Below are positions 22,731-31,452 of a stretch of DNA of 64,000 bases, piece after piece. Within the stretch, counting starts at the first letter, position 1, and the number at the start of each line of letters is the position of its first letter. The translations under genes and the position numbers were made by a program. Origin of the DNA: Acidimicrobiia bacterium (GTDB lineage: Bacteria > Actinomycetota > Acidimicrobiia > Spongiisociales > UBA11373); contig JACRIT010000085.1 of assembly GCA_016215655.1 (NCBI GenBank), positions 39,007 to 103,006 of the forward strand, given 5' to 3'. The notes beneath the pieces are model-generated. The model was not told the origin of the DNA and made no database searches. It was given only the letters and a program-made list of their open reading frames with translations.

Positions 22731-23302
22731 CACGCCCTCCCGCGCATGTGGAGGAGCAGTGTATGGACCCGCGGATCCCCGGTGAGCTCCGGATGGAACG
22801 AGGTGGCGACGATGTTGCCCTCGCGCACCATCACCGGATGGCCCTCCACCTCGGCGAGCACCTCGACACCCGCACCCACCTTCTCGATCCACGGCGCCCT
22901 GATGAAGACCGCCCGCACCGGATCCGGGATGCCGACCACGTCGATGTCCGCTTCGAACGACGCCACCTGTGAGCCGAATGCATTGCGCCGCACCACGACG
23001 TCGAGCACCCCGAGCTGCACCTGGGGCCGAGCTTCGGTGGTCCCGGCGGCGAGGAAGATCATCCCCGCGCAGGTGCCCAACGTGGGGAGCCCCGACTCGA
23101 TGGCGGTGCGCAGGGGCTCGACCAGTCCATAGCGCTCGGCGAGCTTGCCGATCGTGGTGCTCTCCCCTCCGGGGATGGCCAGGGCATCCAGCCCGTCGAG
23201 ATCTTCGGCGACCCGTACGAGCACGGGTTCGGCGCCGGCCGCCGCGGCCGCGGCGGCATGCTCGCGAACGTCACCCTGGAGGGCCAGCACCCCGAACCGC
23301 AC
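22730..23302 (-). CDS. pdxT: pyridoxal 5-prime-phosphate synthase glutaminase subunit PdxT
   Basis: GVLALQGDVREH...GTCAGMIF (catalytic Cys)...HPE; class I glutamine amidotransferase, 190 aa, GTG start. Confidence 0.9.
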   Translation of the reverse strand: MRFGVLALQGDVREHAAAAAAAGAEPVLVRVAEDLDGLDALAIPGGESTTIGKLAERYGLVEPLRTAIESGLPTLGTCAGMIFLAAGTTEARPQVQLGVLDVVVRRNAFGSQVASFEADIDVVGIPDPVRAVFIRAPWIEKVGAGVEVLAEVEGHPVMVREGNIVATSFHPELTGDPRVHTLLLHMRGRA

Positions 23303-23305
23303 CGT

Positions 23306-24187
23306 TCACCAGCCCCGTTTTGCCAGCCGGTCCCCGTCGGCGAGGCGGTCCATCCCGATGCCCACCATCGGCTCGCCGAGTCCACGCGACACCTTGGCCA
23401 GGATCTGGGGATCGTTGAAGTACGTCGTGGCTTCGACGATGGCCCGGGCACGAGGCGCCGGATCGGCGGACTTGAAGATGCCCGACCCGACGAAGACGCC
23501 GTCGCAGCCCAGTTGCATCATGAGCGCGGCGTCGGCCGGGGTGGCCAGTCCGCCCGCGGCGAAGTTCACCACCGGCAGCTTCCCCGTGCGAGCCACCTCC
23601 TCGACGAGGTCGTACGGGGCTCCGAGGTCGCGGGCCGCCGCCATGAGCTGCTCGTGGCCGAGCGTGGCCAGCCGACGGATGCCTTCGGTCATGGCGCGCA
23701 TGTGCCGAACGGCCTCGACGACGTCGCCGGTGCCGGCCTCTCCCTTGGTGCGGATCATCGCCGCGCCCTCGCCGATCCGGCGGAGGGCCTCGCCGAGGTC
23801 ACGGGCGCCGCACACGAAGGGGACGGTGAATGCCCACTTGTCGATGTGGTGCGCCTCGTCGGCCGGGGTGAGCACCTCGCTCTCATCGATGTAGTCGACG
23901 CCGAGCGATTGGAGGATCTGCGCTTCGACGAAGTGCCCGATGCGAGCCTTGGCCATGACCGGGATCGAGACCGCCGCCACGATCTCCTCGACGCGCGTCG
24001 GGTCGGCCATGCGCGCCACTCCCCCATCGCGACGGATGTCGGCGGGAACCCGTTCGAGAGCCATCACAGCCACCGCCCCCGCTTCCTCGGCGATGCGCGC
24101 CTGGTCGGCGGTGGTGACGTCCATGATCACGCCACCTTTGAGCATTTCGGCGAGACCCCGCTTGACGCGGACGGTGCCTTGCTCCAC
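23306..24187 (-). CDS. pdxS: pyridoxal 5-prime-phosphate synthase lyase subunit PdxS
   Basis: [50 protein letters not shown]...; GTG start at 24187 with AAGGAG 6 nt upstream. The ORF-track extension to 24676 is spurious. Confidence 0.9.
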   Translation of the reverse strand: MEQGTVRVKRGLAEMLKGGVIMDVTTADQARIAEEAGAVAVMALERVPADIRRDGGVARMADPTRVEEIVAAVSIPVMAKARIGHFVEAQILQSLGVDYIDESEVLTPADEAHHIDKWAFTVPFVCGARDLGEALRRIGEGAAMIRTKGEAGTGDVVEAVRHMRAMTEGIRRLATLGHEQLMAAARDLGAPYDLVEEVARTGKLPVVNFAAGGLATPADAALMMQLGCDGVFVGSGIFKSADPAPRARAIVEATTYFNDPQILAKVSRGLGEPMVGIGMDRLADGDRLAKRGW

Positions 24188-24323
24188 GACGACTCCTTGA
24201 TCGGCTGAGAGGCTCGGCGGACAGGACACCCCGTAATCTGGAGTCGGCCCGATCTTGGGCCGGCTCCCGATCGAGCCAGTGCGTACCGCCGAGTCTCCGG
24301 GCAATCCTACCCCCGCCCGGGGC

Positions 24324-25367
24324 TCACGCCCGCCCCGAGATGGCGTCGCCGTAGGCGATGAGGTAGGCGCGGGCCACCGTCTCTCCCGAGAACATGGCGG
24401 CGCGTTCGCGGGCGGCGGCGCCGAGGTGCGCCCGGGCGTCGGCATCGCCGAGGAGCTCGGCCACGCCACGCCCCAGTCCGACCGGATCGCCAACCGGCAC
24501 CCAGCGCACCGTGTCGCCCGCCACTCCGCGGAAGGCATCGAGATCGGCGGCGACGATGGGCTTGCCCGCCGCCATCGCCTCGAGCACCACGATCCCGAAG
24601 CTCTCACCGCCGATGTTCGGCGCCGCCACGACGGAGGCCTTGCCCAGCTCGAGGCGCTTCGTCGGCTCGTCGACACGGCCGAGGAACGTCACTCCCGCCG
24701 GCCCCGACGGACGGTCCGCCCCGATGATGCGCAACGAGGCTCCGGGGACATCGCGCAGGATCCGCGGCCACGCCTGGAGCAGCACATCGAGCCCCTTGCG
24801 CGGATCGTCCCGACCGATGAAGACCACCCTCCCCGGGACCGGCGCATGCGTGTCGGCGTAGTCGGCGAGATCGATCCCATTCGGAATGATGCGGATGCCC
24901 GGCACCGTGGGCACCGCCGACGCCGCCACTTCACTGACCGCCGTCGCCACCGCGATGCGCGCCGCAACCCTGCGCACCAGCGGCTCGGCGATGCGATAGG
25001 CGTTGCGGGCGAAGCTGCCCGGATCCGCATGGAACGTGCCCACGATCGGGGGGGTGTCGGCCAGGATGGCGCCGAGCGACACCATTGGCATGAACGGCTC
25101 GTGGACGTGGACCACGTCCGCACCGGCAACCGCATCGGCGACGCGTCGGATCACCCGGGGATCCACCGCAATCGGCGCCGCCGATCGGTTGGCCCGCACC
25201 GAACGCCATGCACCGACCGACCGGGTACCCGGCGGTCCGGCATCACCCGGCGCCACCGCCCAGGCATCGTGACCGGCGGCACCGAGCCAACCCACCAACC
25301 GGGTCACCTGATCCTGGACGCCGCCGTGCGCTTCGAACGCATACGGGCAGACCAGGGCGACCCTCAT
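24324..25367 (-). CDS. pimA: GT4 glycosyltransferase, phosphatidylinositol alpha-mannosyltransferase-like
   Basis: [21 protein letters not shown]..., GT-B fold with the C-terminal EX7E-like region. The position between pdxS and the acyltransferase/pgsA genes matches the mycobacterial pimA locus (recalled from memory). Confidence 0.8.
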   Translation of the reverse strand: MRVALVCPYAFEAHGGVQDQVTRLVGWLGAAGHDAWAVAPGDAGPPGTRSVGAWRSVRANRSAAPIAVDPRVIRRVADAVAGADVVHVHEPFMPMVSLGAILADTPPIVGTFHADPGSFARNAYRIAEPLVRRVAARIAVATAVSEVAASAVPTVPGIRIIPNGIDLADYADTHAPVPGRVVFIGRDDPRKGLDVLLQAWPRILRDVPGASLRIIGADRPSGPAGVTFLGRVDEPTKRLELGKASVVAAPNIGGESFGIVVLEAMAAGKPIVAADLDAFRGVAGDTVRWVPVGDPVGLGRGVAELLGDADARAHLGAAARERAAMFSGETVARAYLIAYGDAISGRA

Positions 25368-26248
25368 GACGCCTCGCGATCGGATGGCCAGTTCGGCAAG
25401 ATGAGGTGCCACTGCTCGGGATGAACCCGGATGATCGACTCGAGCGCGGTGGCCAGGCGCTGGGTCCCCCGTCTCACCCGCTCGTCGGTGTCGGCTCCCT
25501 CGGGAATCTCCAGCTCGGGGTGGATCACGAAGCGGTTGCCGGCGCCGGGTTCGAAGTAGGTCCCCACCGGGAACAGGACCGCCCCGGTGCGTTCGGCCAG
25601 CGCCACCGGCCCGGGAGGGAACGTGGTCGACTCCCCGAAGAAGGTGACCGGAATCCCCCGGCCGGAGAGATCGCGATCGCACACCAACGCCACCACCCCG
25701 CCCTCGTCGAGCCGCTGCAGGAGGTCACGCGTCACCCGCGAGCCCTTGCGGGCGATCACGATGTCGATATCCATCATCGCACGCATGTGGACGAACCATT
25801 GGACGATGCGCTCATTGCCGAGCTCCTCGGCGACGGCGAGCACCCGAGCACCCTCGGAGGCGGCCGCCAGGCCCGCCGCCTCCCAGTTGCCCATGTGGGG
25901 AAGCGCCACGATCACTCCCCGGCCCGTGGCCACCGCGGCCATGAGACGGTCCAGGTTCTCGATCGGCGAGCGGGCCACGACCTTCTTCCGGCGACGCGGA
26001 CGCATCCAGAACACCTCGGCCCAGTAGCGGCCGTACCACCCGAACACCCGCCGTGCGGCAGCGCGAGCGCCAGCGGCGGATCCGGCGACACGGGTCTGGT
26101 GGCGGACCGCCATGGCGAACCTGCGACGCGCCACGAACGACACCAGCCATCCGACGCGGAACCCCACACGGCGCACCACGGGCTCGGGCAGGATCCCGAG
26201 GATGCCCGCCAACACCCGGTAGACGTGGTACCCGAGCGCTTCCTTCAC
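25364..26248 (-). CDS. lysophospholipid (HtrB/LpxL-family) acyltransferase, PIM acyltransferase-like
   Basis: VKEALGYHVYRVLAGILGILPEPVVRRVGF...ALPHMGNWE (HX4D-like acyltransferase motif region)...; GTG start overlaps the pgsA stop (GTGA) and its stop overlaps the pimA start (ATGA). Confidence 0.75.
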   Translation of the reverse strand: MKEALGYHVYRVLAGILGILPEPVVRRVGFRVGWLVSFVARRRFAMAVRHQTRVAGSAAGARAAARRVFGWYGRYWAEVFWMRPRRRKKVVARSPIENLDRLMAAVATGRGVIVALPHMGNWEAAGLAAASEGARVLAVAEELGNERIVQWFVHMRAMMDIDIVIARKGSRVTRDLLQRLDEGGVVALVCDRDLSGRGIPVTFFGESTTFPPGPVALAERTGAVLFPVGTYFEPGAGNRFVIHPELEIPEGADTDERVRRGTQRLATALESIIRVHPEQWHLILPNWPSDREAS

Positions 26249-26811
26249 GCCGGGAGCCGGCGCCAGGTCCGAACGAATCGTTGGATCACCGTCACCCAGG
26301 CACCGACCGCCACGATCCAGACGGCAGCCTCGAGCGTGGGCAGCCCGACCCCCTCGAGACCGACACCCAGTCCGAACACGAGCAGGCGCTCGGCGCGACC
26401 CATCAAACCGCCCTTGCCTTCGATCCCCAACGCCTCGGCCTTGGCACGGAGATACGGGGTGAGCAGCGAGCCGCACACCGCCACGATCGAGAGCGTGACG
26501 AGCGCCGCCTCGGCCCGGCCACCGAGGTAGAAGGCGAGACCGGTCCACATGGCGACTTCGCCGACCCGATCGGTGAAGGAGTCGAGGAGGGCCCCGCGGG
26601 TGCTCTCGGTGCCGGTCACCCGGGCGAGCACGCCGTCGAGGATGTCGAGAGCAGCGCCGACGCCCAGGATGACAGCGCCCACGGCGAGGCGGCCACCGGC
26701 GATGAGTACGGACCCGGCGATCGACAGGGTGAGACCCGTGATGGTGACCATCGTGGGGGTGGCACCCGTCCGGGCGATCAATCGCGCCACGGGATCGACC
26801 ACCCTTGACAT
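26245..26811 (-). CDS. pgsA: CDP-alcohol phosphatidyltransferase (phosphatidylinositol phosphate synthase-like)
   Basis: DG..AR......G..LD...D conserved CDP-OH_P_transf motif (LDILDGVLARVTGTESTRGALLDSFTD); about 6 TM; an alternative ATG lies at 26838. Confidence 0.8.
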   Translation of the reverse strand: MSRVVDPVARLIARTGATPTMVTITGLTLSIAGSVLIAGGRLAVGAVILGVGAALDILDGVLARVTGTESTRGALLDSFTDRVGEVAMWTGLAFYLGGRAEAALVTLSIVAVCGSLLTPYLRAKAEALGIEGKGGLMGRAERLLVFGLGVGLEGVGLPTLEAAVWIVAVGAWVTVIQRFVRTWRRLPA

Positions 26812-26842
26812 CTTCTGGCGCGCTCTCACGTCGAGCATGGGG

Positions 26843-26880
26843 ACCTCGTACGGGAAACCTCGTACGGGGAACCTACCACA
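26843..26880. promoter_or_regulatory. tandem direct repeat (AACCTCGTACGGG x2 plus a partial third) in the pgsA / EF-G-like divergent promoter region
   Basis: ggggACCTCGTACGGGAAACCTCGTACGGGGAACCTACC between divergent genes; candidate operator for a transcription factor. Confidence 0.35.
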
Positions 26881-26934
26881 CGGGTTCCGCCCCCATCCCG
26901 CTCACTACAATCCCGCCGCACTCCAGGAGGTTGG

Positions 26935-28977
26935 ATGGGCTCCGAGAAGATCCGCAACGTCGTCCTCGTGGGTCACAGTGGAAGCGGCAAGACCGCACTC
27001 GCCGAGGCACTGCTCTTCGCCGCCGGCGCCACCACCCGCATGGGCAAGGTCGAGGACGGCAACACGGTCACCGACTTCGAACCCGAGGAGCGCAGCCGAC
27101 GCTCGTCGGTGAGCCTGGCGATGGCGCCGTTCGACTGGGACGGGCACCGCATCAATGTGATCGACACCCCCGGCGTATCGGACTTCATCGGCGAGGTGCG
27201 CGCTGCCATGCGGGTCGCCGACCTCGCCCTCTTTGTCGTGTCGGCCGTGGATGGGGTCGAGGTGCAGACCGAACACCTCTGGAGGCTGGCGGAGGAAGAG
27301 GGCATCGCCCGGGCGGTGTTCGTGAACAAGCTCGATCGCGAGCGCGCCTCGTTCGGCCGGACGCTGCAGCATCTCAAAGACGTCTTTGGGACCCCGATCG
27401 CACCCATCCTCGTCCCCATCGGAGCCGAACACAGCCTGTCCGGTGTCGCCAACCTCGTCGGGGGCAAGGCCTACACGTATGCCGGCGGCACCATGAAGGC
27501 CGCCGAGTCCGAGCTCCCCGACTCGATGCACGGCGAAGTCGCCAGCTTGCACACCGCCCTCGTCGAGGCAGTGGTCGAAACCGATGATGCCATGCTCGAG
27601 AAGTATCTCGAAGGAGTGGAGCCCTCCGGCACCCAGCTCATCTCCGGGATGCATCGCGGCATGGTGCAGGGTTCGGCCTTTCCCGTCCTGTGCGGTTCGG
27701 CCACCCGGGGCATCGGCGTGGATCGCCTTGCCCAGTTCATCGTGGACTTCGGCCCCCGCCCCGACGAGCGTCCCGCTCCACCGCTTGCTGCCGGCTCCAG
27801 GCTGCCGGACTCCGGAGTGGTCGCCTTCGTGTTCAAGACGATGTCGGACCCGTATGTCGGAAGGATCTCCCTCTTCCGGGTGTTTCGGGGCGTCGTCGAC
27901 GTCGATGTGGAACTGGAGAACCCAACACGCCACGTGAACGGACGGATGCACAACGTCTTCACCATGCGGGGAAAGGAGCACCAGGACGTCCGCCACGTCG
28001 AGGCCGGCGACATCGCCGCCGTCGCCAAATTGGAGGCAACCCTCTCCGGTGACACCCTGCGGTCTCCCGGCCTCGATGTCGTGATCGCCCCGTTGGCACT
28101 GCCCAATCCGACGATGTCGCTGGCCATCTTCCCCCGCAGCCAGCACGACGAGGAGAAGCTCTCGACCGCGCTCACCCGGGCGGTCGAGGACGACCCGACG
28201 CTGCGGGTGACCCGGAACGTGGTCACGAACGAGACCGTGCTCTCCGGCCTCGGTGATGCCCACCTCGAGGTCACCGTGTCCCGCCTCGCCGCCCGCTTCG
28301 GCGTCGCCGTCGACACGGCGCTGCCCAAGATCCCCTACCGCGAGACGATCCGAGGCAAGGCCGATGTCGAGGGCAAGCACAAGAAGCAGTCCGGGGGACG
28401 CGGCCAATTCGGTGTGGCCAACATCCGCTTCGAGCCTGCCCCTTCCGGAACCGGATACGAGTTCGTGAACGAGATCAAAGGCGGCTCCATCCCCAAGCAG
28501 TACCTGCCTGCAGTGGACAAGGGCGTGCAGGAAGCGCTCGACCGGGGCATCCTCGCCGGATACCCCGTCGTCGACGTGCGGGCCATCGTCTATGACGGCA
28601 AGTTCCACGCCGTCGATTCGGACGAGCTCTCCTTCCGCATGGCGGGGATCATGGCGGTCAAGGAAGCGGCTCCCAAGCTGAATGCCGCGTTGCTCGAGCC
28701 GATCATGAGGGTCACCATCCGCATCCCCGAGGACCTCATGGGCGATGTCATCGGCGACCTCAATGCCAAGCGGGGCCGGGTGCTCGGGATGGATTCCGAA
28801 GGAGGGACTCGCGTCGTCACCGCCGAGGTCCCCCTCGCCGAGATGCAGCGCTATGCCATCGACCTGCGCTCGCTCACCAGCGGTCGGGGCTTCTTCGAAA
28901 TGGAAATGGATCACTACGAGGAGGCCCCTCCTCACGAGACACAGAAGGTTATCGCCGCCCTGCAGAGCGACGACTGA
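26935..28977 (+). CDS. elongation factor G-like GTPase (EF-G paralogue)
   Basis: G1 VGHSGSGKT, DTPG, NKLD; EF-G domains II-V; 680 aa, shorter than canonical FusA; AGGAGG RBS. Confidence 0.85.
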   Translation: MGSEKIRNVVLVGHSGSGKTALAEALLFAAGATTRMGKVEDGNTVTDFEPEERSRRSSVSLAMAPFDWDGHRINVIDTPGVSDFIGEVRAAMRVADLALFVVSAVDGVEVQTEHLWRLAEEEGIARAVFVNKLDRERASFGRTLQHLKDVFGTPIAPILVPIGAEHSLSGVANLVGGKAYTYAGGTMKAAESELPDSMHGEVASLHTALVEAVVETDDAMLEKYLEGVEPSGTQLISGMHRGMVQGSAFPVLCGSATRGIGVDRLAQFIVDFGPRPDERPAPPLAAGSRLPDSGVVAFVFKTMSDPYVGRISLFRVFRGVVDVDVELENPTRHVNGRMHNVFTMRGKEHQDVRHVEAGDIAAVAKLEATLSGDTLRSPGLDVVIAPLALPNPTMSLAIFPRSQHDEEKLSTALTRAVEDDPTLRVTRNVVTNETVLSGLGDAHLEVTVSRLAARFGVAVDTALPKIPYRETIRGKADVEGKHKKQSGGRGQFGVANIRFEPAPSGTGYEFVNEIKGGSIPKQYLPAVDKGVQEALDRGILAGYPVVDVRAIVYDGKFHAVDSDELSFRMAGIMAVKEAAPKLNAALLEPIMRVTIRIPEDLMGDVIGDLNAKRGRVLGMDSEGGTRVVTAEVPLAEMQRYAIDLRSLTSGRGFFEMEMDHYEEAPPHETQKVIAALQSDD

Positions 28978-28989
28978 GGGAGGACGCCC

Positions 28990-30264
28990 ATGGGGGATCG
29001 CACGGCCCGGCTCATCTTCGACGACCGCGAGATCGTCCTCCCGATCGTGGAGGGTGTCGAGGGCAACCACGGCTTCGACATCTCCCGCCTCCGTGCGGAC
29101 ACGGGATACGTCACGCTCGACTATGGCTTTGCCAACACCGCAGGCACCTCCAGCGCGGTGTCATTCGTCGATGGCACCGCCGGCGAGCTCCGCTACCGCG
29201 GCTATCCCATCGAGCAACTCGCCGCCAAGTCGACCTTCCTCGAGGTGGCCTATCTCCTCTTCCACGGCGAAATGCCCACCCCCGAGCAGCTCAAGACCTA
29301 CACCGCCAGCATCACCCACCACACCCTCCTCAACGAGGAGATGAAGCGGCTGTTCGATGCCTTCCCCAAGAGCGCCCACCCCATGGCGATCCTCGCCTCG
29401 GCGACGAACGCCATGGCCACCTTCTACCCGGACTTCCACAACCCGCGCGATCCGTACGCCGTCGAGCAATCGGCCTTGCGGCTCGTTGCCAAGCTGCCCA
29501 CCGTGGCCGCGCTCGCCTACAAGAAGTCGATCGGCCAGCCCTACATCTATCCGCGCAACGACCTCGACTATGCCGCCAACTTCCTGCACATGATGTTTGC
29601 GCTCCCCGTCGAGGAGTACCAGGTGGATCCGGTGGTGGCCCGAGCCCTCGACGTGCTGCTGATCCTCCACGCCGATCACGAGCAGAATTGCTCCACCTCG
29701 ACCGTTCGGCTCGCCGGTTCCAGCCAGGCGAATCTCTTCACGTCCGTCGCCGCCGGCATGAGCGCGCTCTGGGGACCACTCCACGGCGGGGCGAATCAGG
29801 AGGTGGTCGAGACGCTGGAGCGGATCCACGCCGACGGTGGCAACACCGCCAAGTGGGTCGCCAAGGCGAAGGATCCGAATGACCCGTACCGGCTCCCCGG
29901 ATTCGGCCACCGGGTGTACCGCAACTACGACCCGCGAGCGAAGATCCTCAAGTCGTTCGCCTACGAGGTCATCGAACGGATGGGGGCCAATGATCCTTTG
30001 CTCGACATCGCCCTGAAACTCGAAGAGACCGCCCTCGCCGACGACTACTTCGTGTCACGGCGCCTCTACCCCAATGTCGATTTCTATTCGGGCCTGATGT
30101 TCCAGGCACTGGGGTTCCCCGTTCACATGTTCACCGTCCTCTTCGCCATCGGCCGCCTCCCCGGATGGGTGGCGCAGTGGAAGGAGATGTCGGAGGACGA
30201 AGAGAACAAGATCGGCCGCCCGCGCCAGATCTATACTGGCCATCCCAAGCGCGACCTGCCCTGA
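28990..30264 (+). CDS. gltA: citrate synthase (type II, hexameric-type)
   Basis: 424 aa; catalytic His/Asp region (GFGHRVYRNYDPRA, HADHEQN); GGGAGG RBS. Confidence 0.9.
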   Translation: MGDRTARLIFDDREIVLPIVEGVEGNHGFDISRLRADTGYVTLDYGFANTAGTSSAVSFVDGTAGELRYRGYPIEQLAAKSTFLEVAYLLFHGEMPTPEQLKTYTASITHHTLLNEEMKRLFDAFPKSAHPMAILASATNAMATFYPDFHNPRDPYAVEQSALRLVAKLPTVAALAYKKSIGQPYIYPRNDLDYAANFLHMMFALPVEEYQVDPVVARALDVLLILHADHEQNCSTSTVRLAGSSQANLFTSVAAGMSALWGPLHGGANQEVVETLERIHADGGNTAKWVAKAKDPNDPYRLPGFGHRVYRNYDPRAKILKSFAYEVIERMGANDPLLDIALKLEETALADDYFVSRRLYPNVDFYSGLMFQALGFPVHMFTVLFAIGRLPGWVAQWKEMSEDEENKIGRPRQIYTGHPKRDLP

Positions 30265-30265
30265 C

Positions 30266-30865
30266 GTGACCGACCTGCACGCACGCGAGGCGGAGCTCCC
30301 CGACTTCGACGGGCCGGTCGTCGAACTCATCGAGGAGGGCCGCTCGGTCGGGGTGGCCTACCTCGAAGACGGTGCCATGCTCGTCGAGTTCCACACCGAC
30401 GAGGACGGCGCGGCGTGGGCATTCGACGTCGCGGACCTGCAGCGCGTCCTCGACACCGCGGCCGCCATGCTCGGGGTGGACGAACCCGTCGCGGCCGCCC
30501 CGCCCGGCGGGGGCCACCCGGTGGATCGCCTCGCCGAGGAGTTCGATGCCGCCGCCGATTTCCGCGGCGAGGAGGACGAGGGCTTCTACCCGGTCCCGGC
30601 GGCGGCGGCGATCGTGGCGCGCTGCGAGTCATTGGGACTTGCGGTGGTGGCGCTGGAGGGGTTCATCCGCCTCGACCGAGGCCTCGAACCCGTGGCCGGG
30701 CATCAGGTCGATCTCGCCGACGCCCACGCCGGGGAACCCTGGCTCACCTTCCAGGCAGGGTGCAACGTCCAGGCGCGAGCCCTGCTGGAACGGTGGTCGA
30801 TGCGCTCCGGGTTGATCGTCGCCATGGAAGTGGCCGACGACAGCGGCGAGAGGTTCGTTCTGTGA
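30266..30865 (+). CDS. hypothetical acidic cytoplasmic protein (two-subdomain, unknown function)
   Basis: 199 aa; GTG start immediately after the citrate synthase stop; high GC3; no recognisable motif. Confidence 0.5.
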   Translation: MTDLHAREAELPDFDGPVVELIEEGRSVGVAYLEDGAMLVEFHTDEDGAAWAFDVADLQRVLDTAAAMLGVDEPVAAAPPGGGHPVDRLAEEFDAAADFRGEEDEGFYPVPAAAAIVARCESLGLAVVALEGFIRLDRGLEPVAGHQVDLADAHAGEPWLTFQAGCNVQARALLERWSMRSGLIVAMEVADDSGERFVL

Positions 30866-30942
30866 GAGTCATCAGTCTTCAGTCATCAGCCAGACGTGCT
30901 GCGGGCCTCTGACCGAAGACTGAAGACTGAACGCCCGGCGAT

Positions 30943-31452
30943 TCAGCCTGCGGACCTGGACTCTGCTGCAGCAACCTCTTCTTCGTACTTCTCCACCACG
31001 TGGCCGTCGACGGCGTCGACGCGCACCAGGCCGCGTCGGGTCGGCGGCTCATCCCCGCTGAAGACCAACACGTTCCACACCGGCCGTGACCGCCAGCCAT
31101 CGAAGGAGACCGCGGCCGAGGCATGACCGACGGCGAAGCCCACCGCCGCCCCGGCGATGTCGAGGGCTTGAGGATCGAGCACGCGGATGGGCCAGGCGGC
31201 GGCAAGCGACCACATGCCGATCACCGCGAGGACCGCGGCGGCGACCAGGAGGCCGGGCGCAGCACCCATCGCCACCAGCCCGGCAGCCGTGGCAGCGCCA
31301 CCGACATGAATCCATCCGGCAACACGACGGCGCCGTGTGCTCGGAATCGTGTACGGAGCGCGTTGTGCGGCGTCGAGGTCCTCCGGTACGGCGGCGGCCT
31401 GTGCCACCGCCTCCGGGATCTCGATCCGCGGCCTCTTCGTGTTCCTAGGCAT
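30943..31452 (-). CDS. hypothetical membrane protein (2 TM plus C-terminal bacterial PH-like domain suspected)
   Basis: Two hydrophobic helices (GGAATAAGLVAMGAAPGLLVAAAVLAVIGMWSLAAAW) followed by a ~70-aa domain; translationally coupled to the upstream MMPL gene. Confidence 0.45.
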   Translation of the reverse strand: MPRNTKRPRIEIPEAVAQAAAVPEDLDAAQRAPYTIPSTRRRRVAGWIHVGGAATAAGLVAMGAAPGLLVAAAVLAVIGMWSLAAAWPIRVLDPQALDIAGAAVGFAVGHASAAVSFDGWRSRPVWNVLVFSGDEPPTRRGLVRVDAVDGHVVEKYEEEVAAAESRSAG

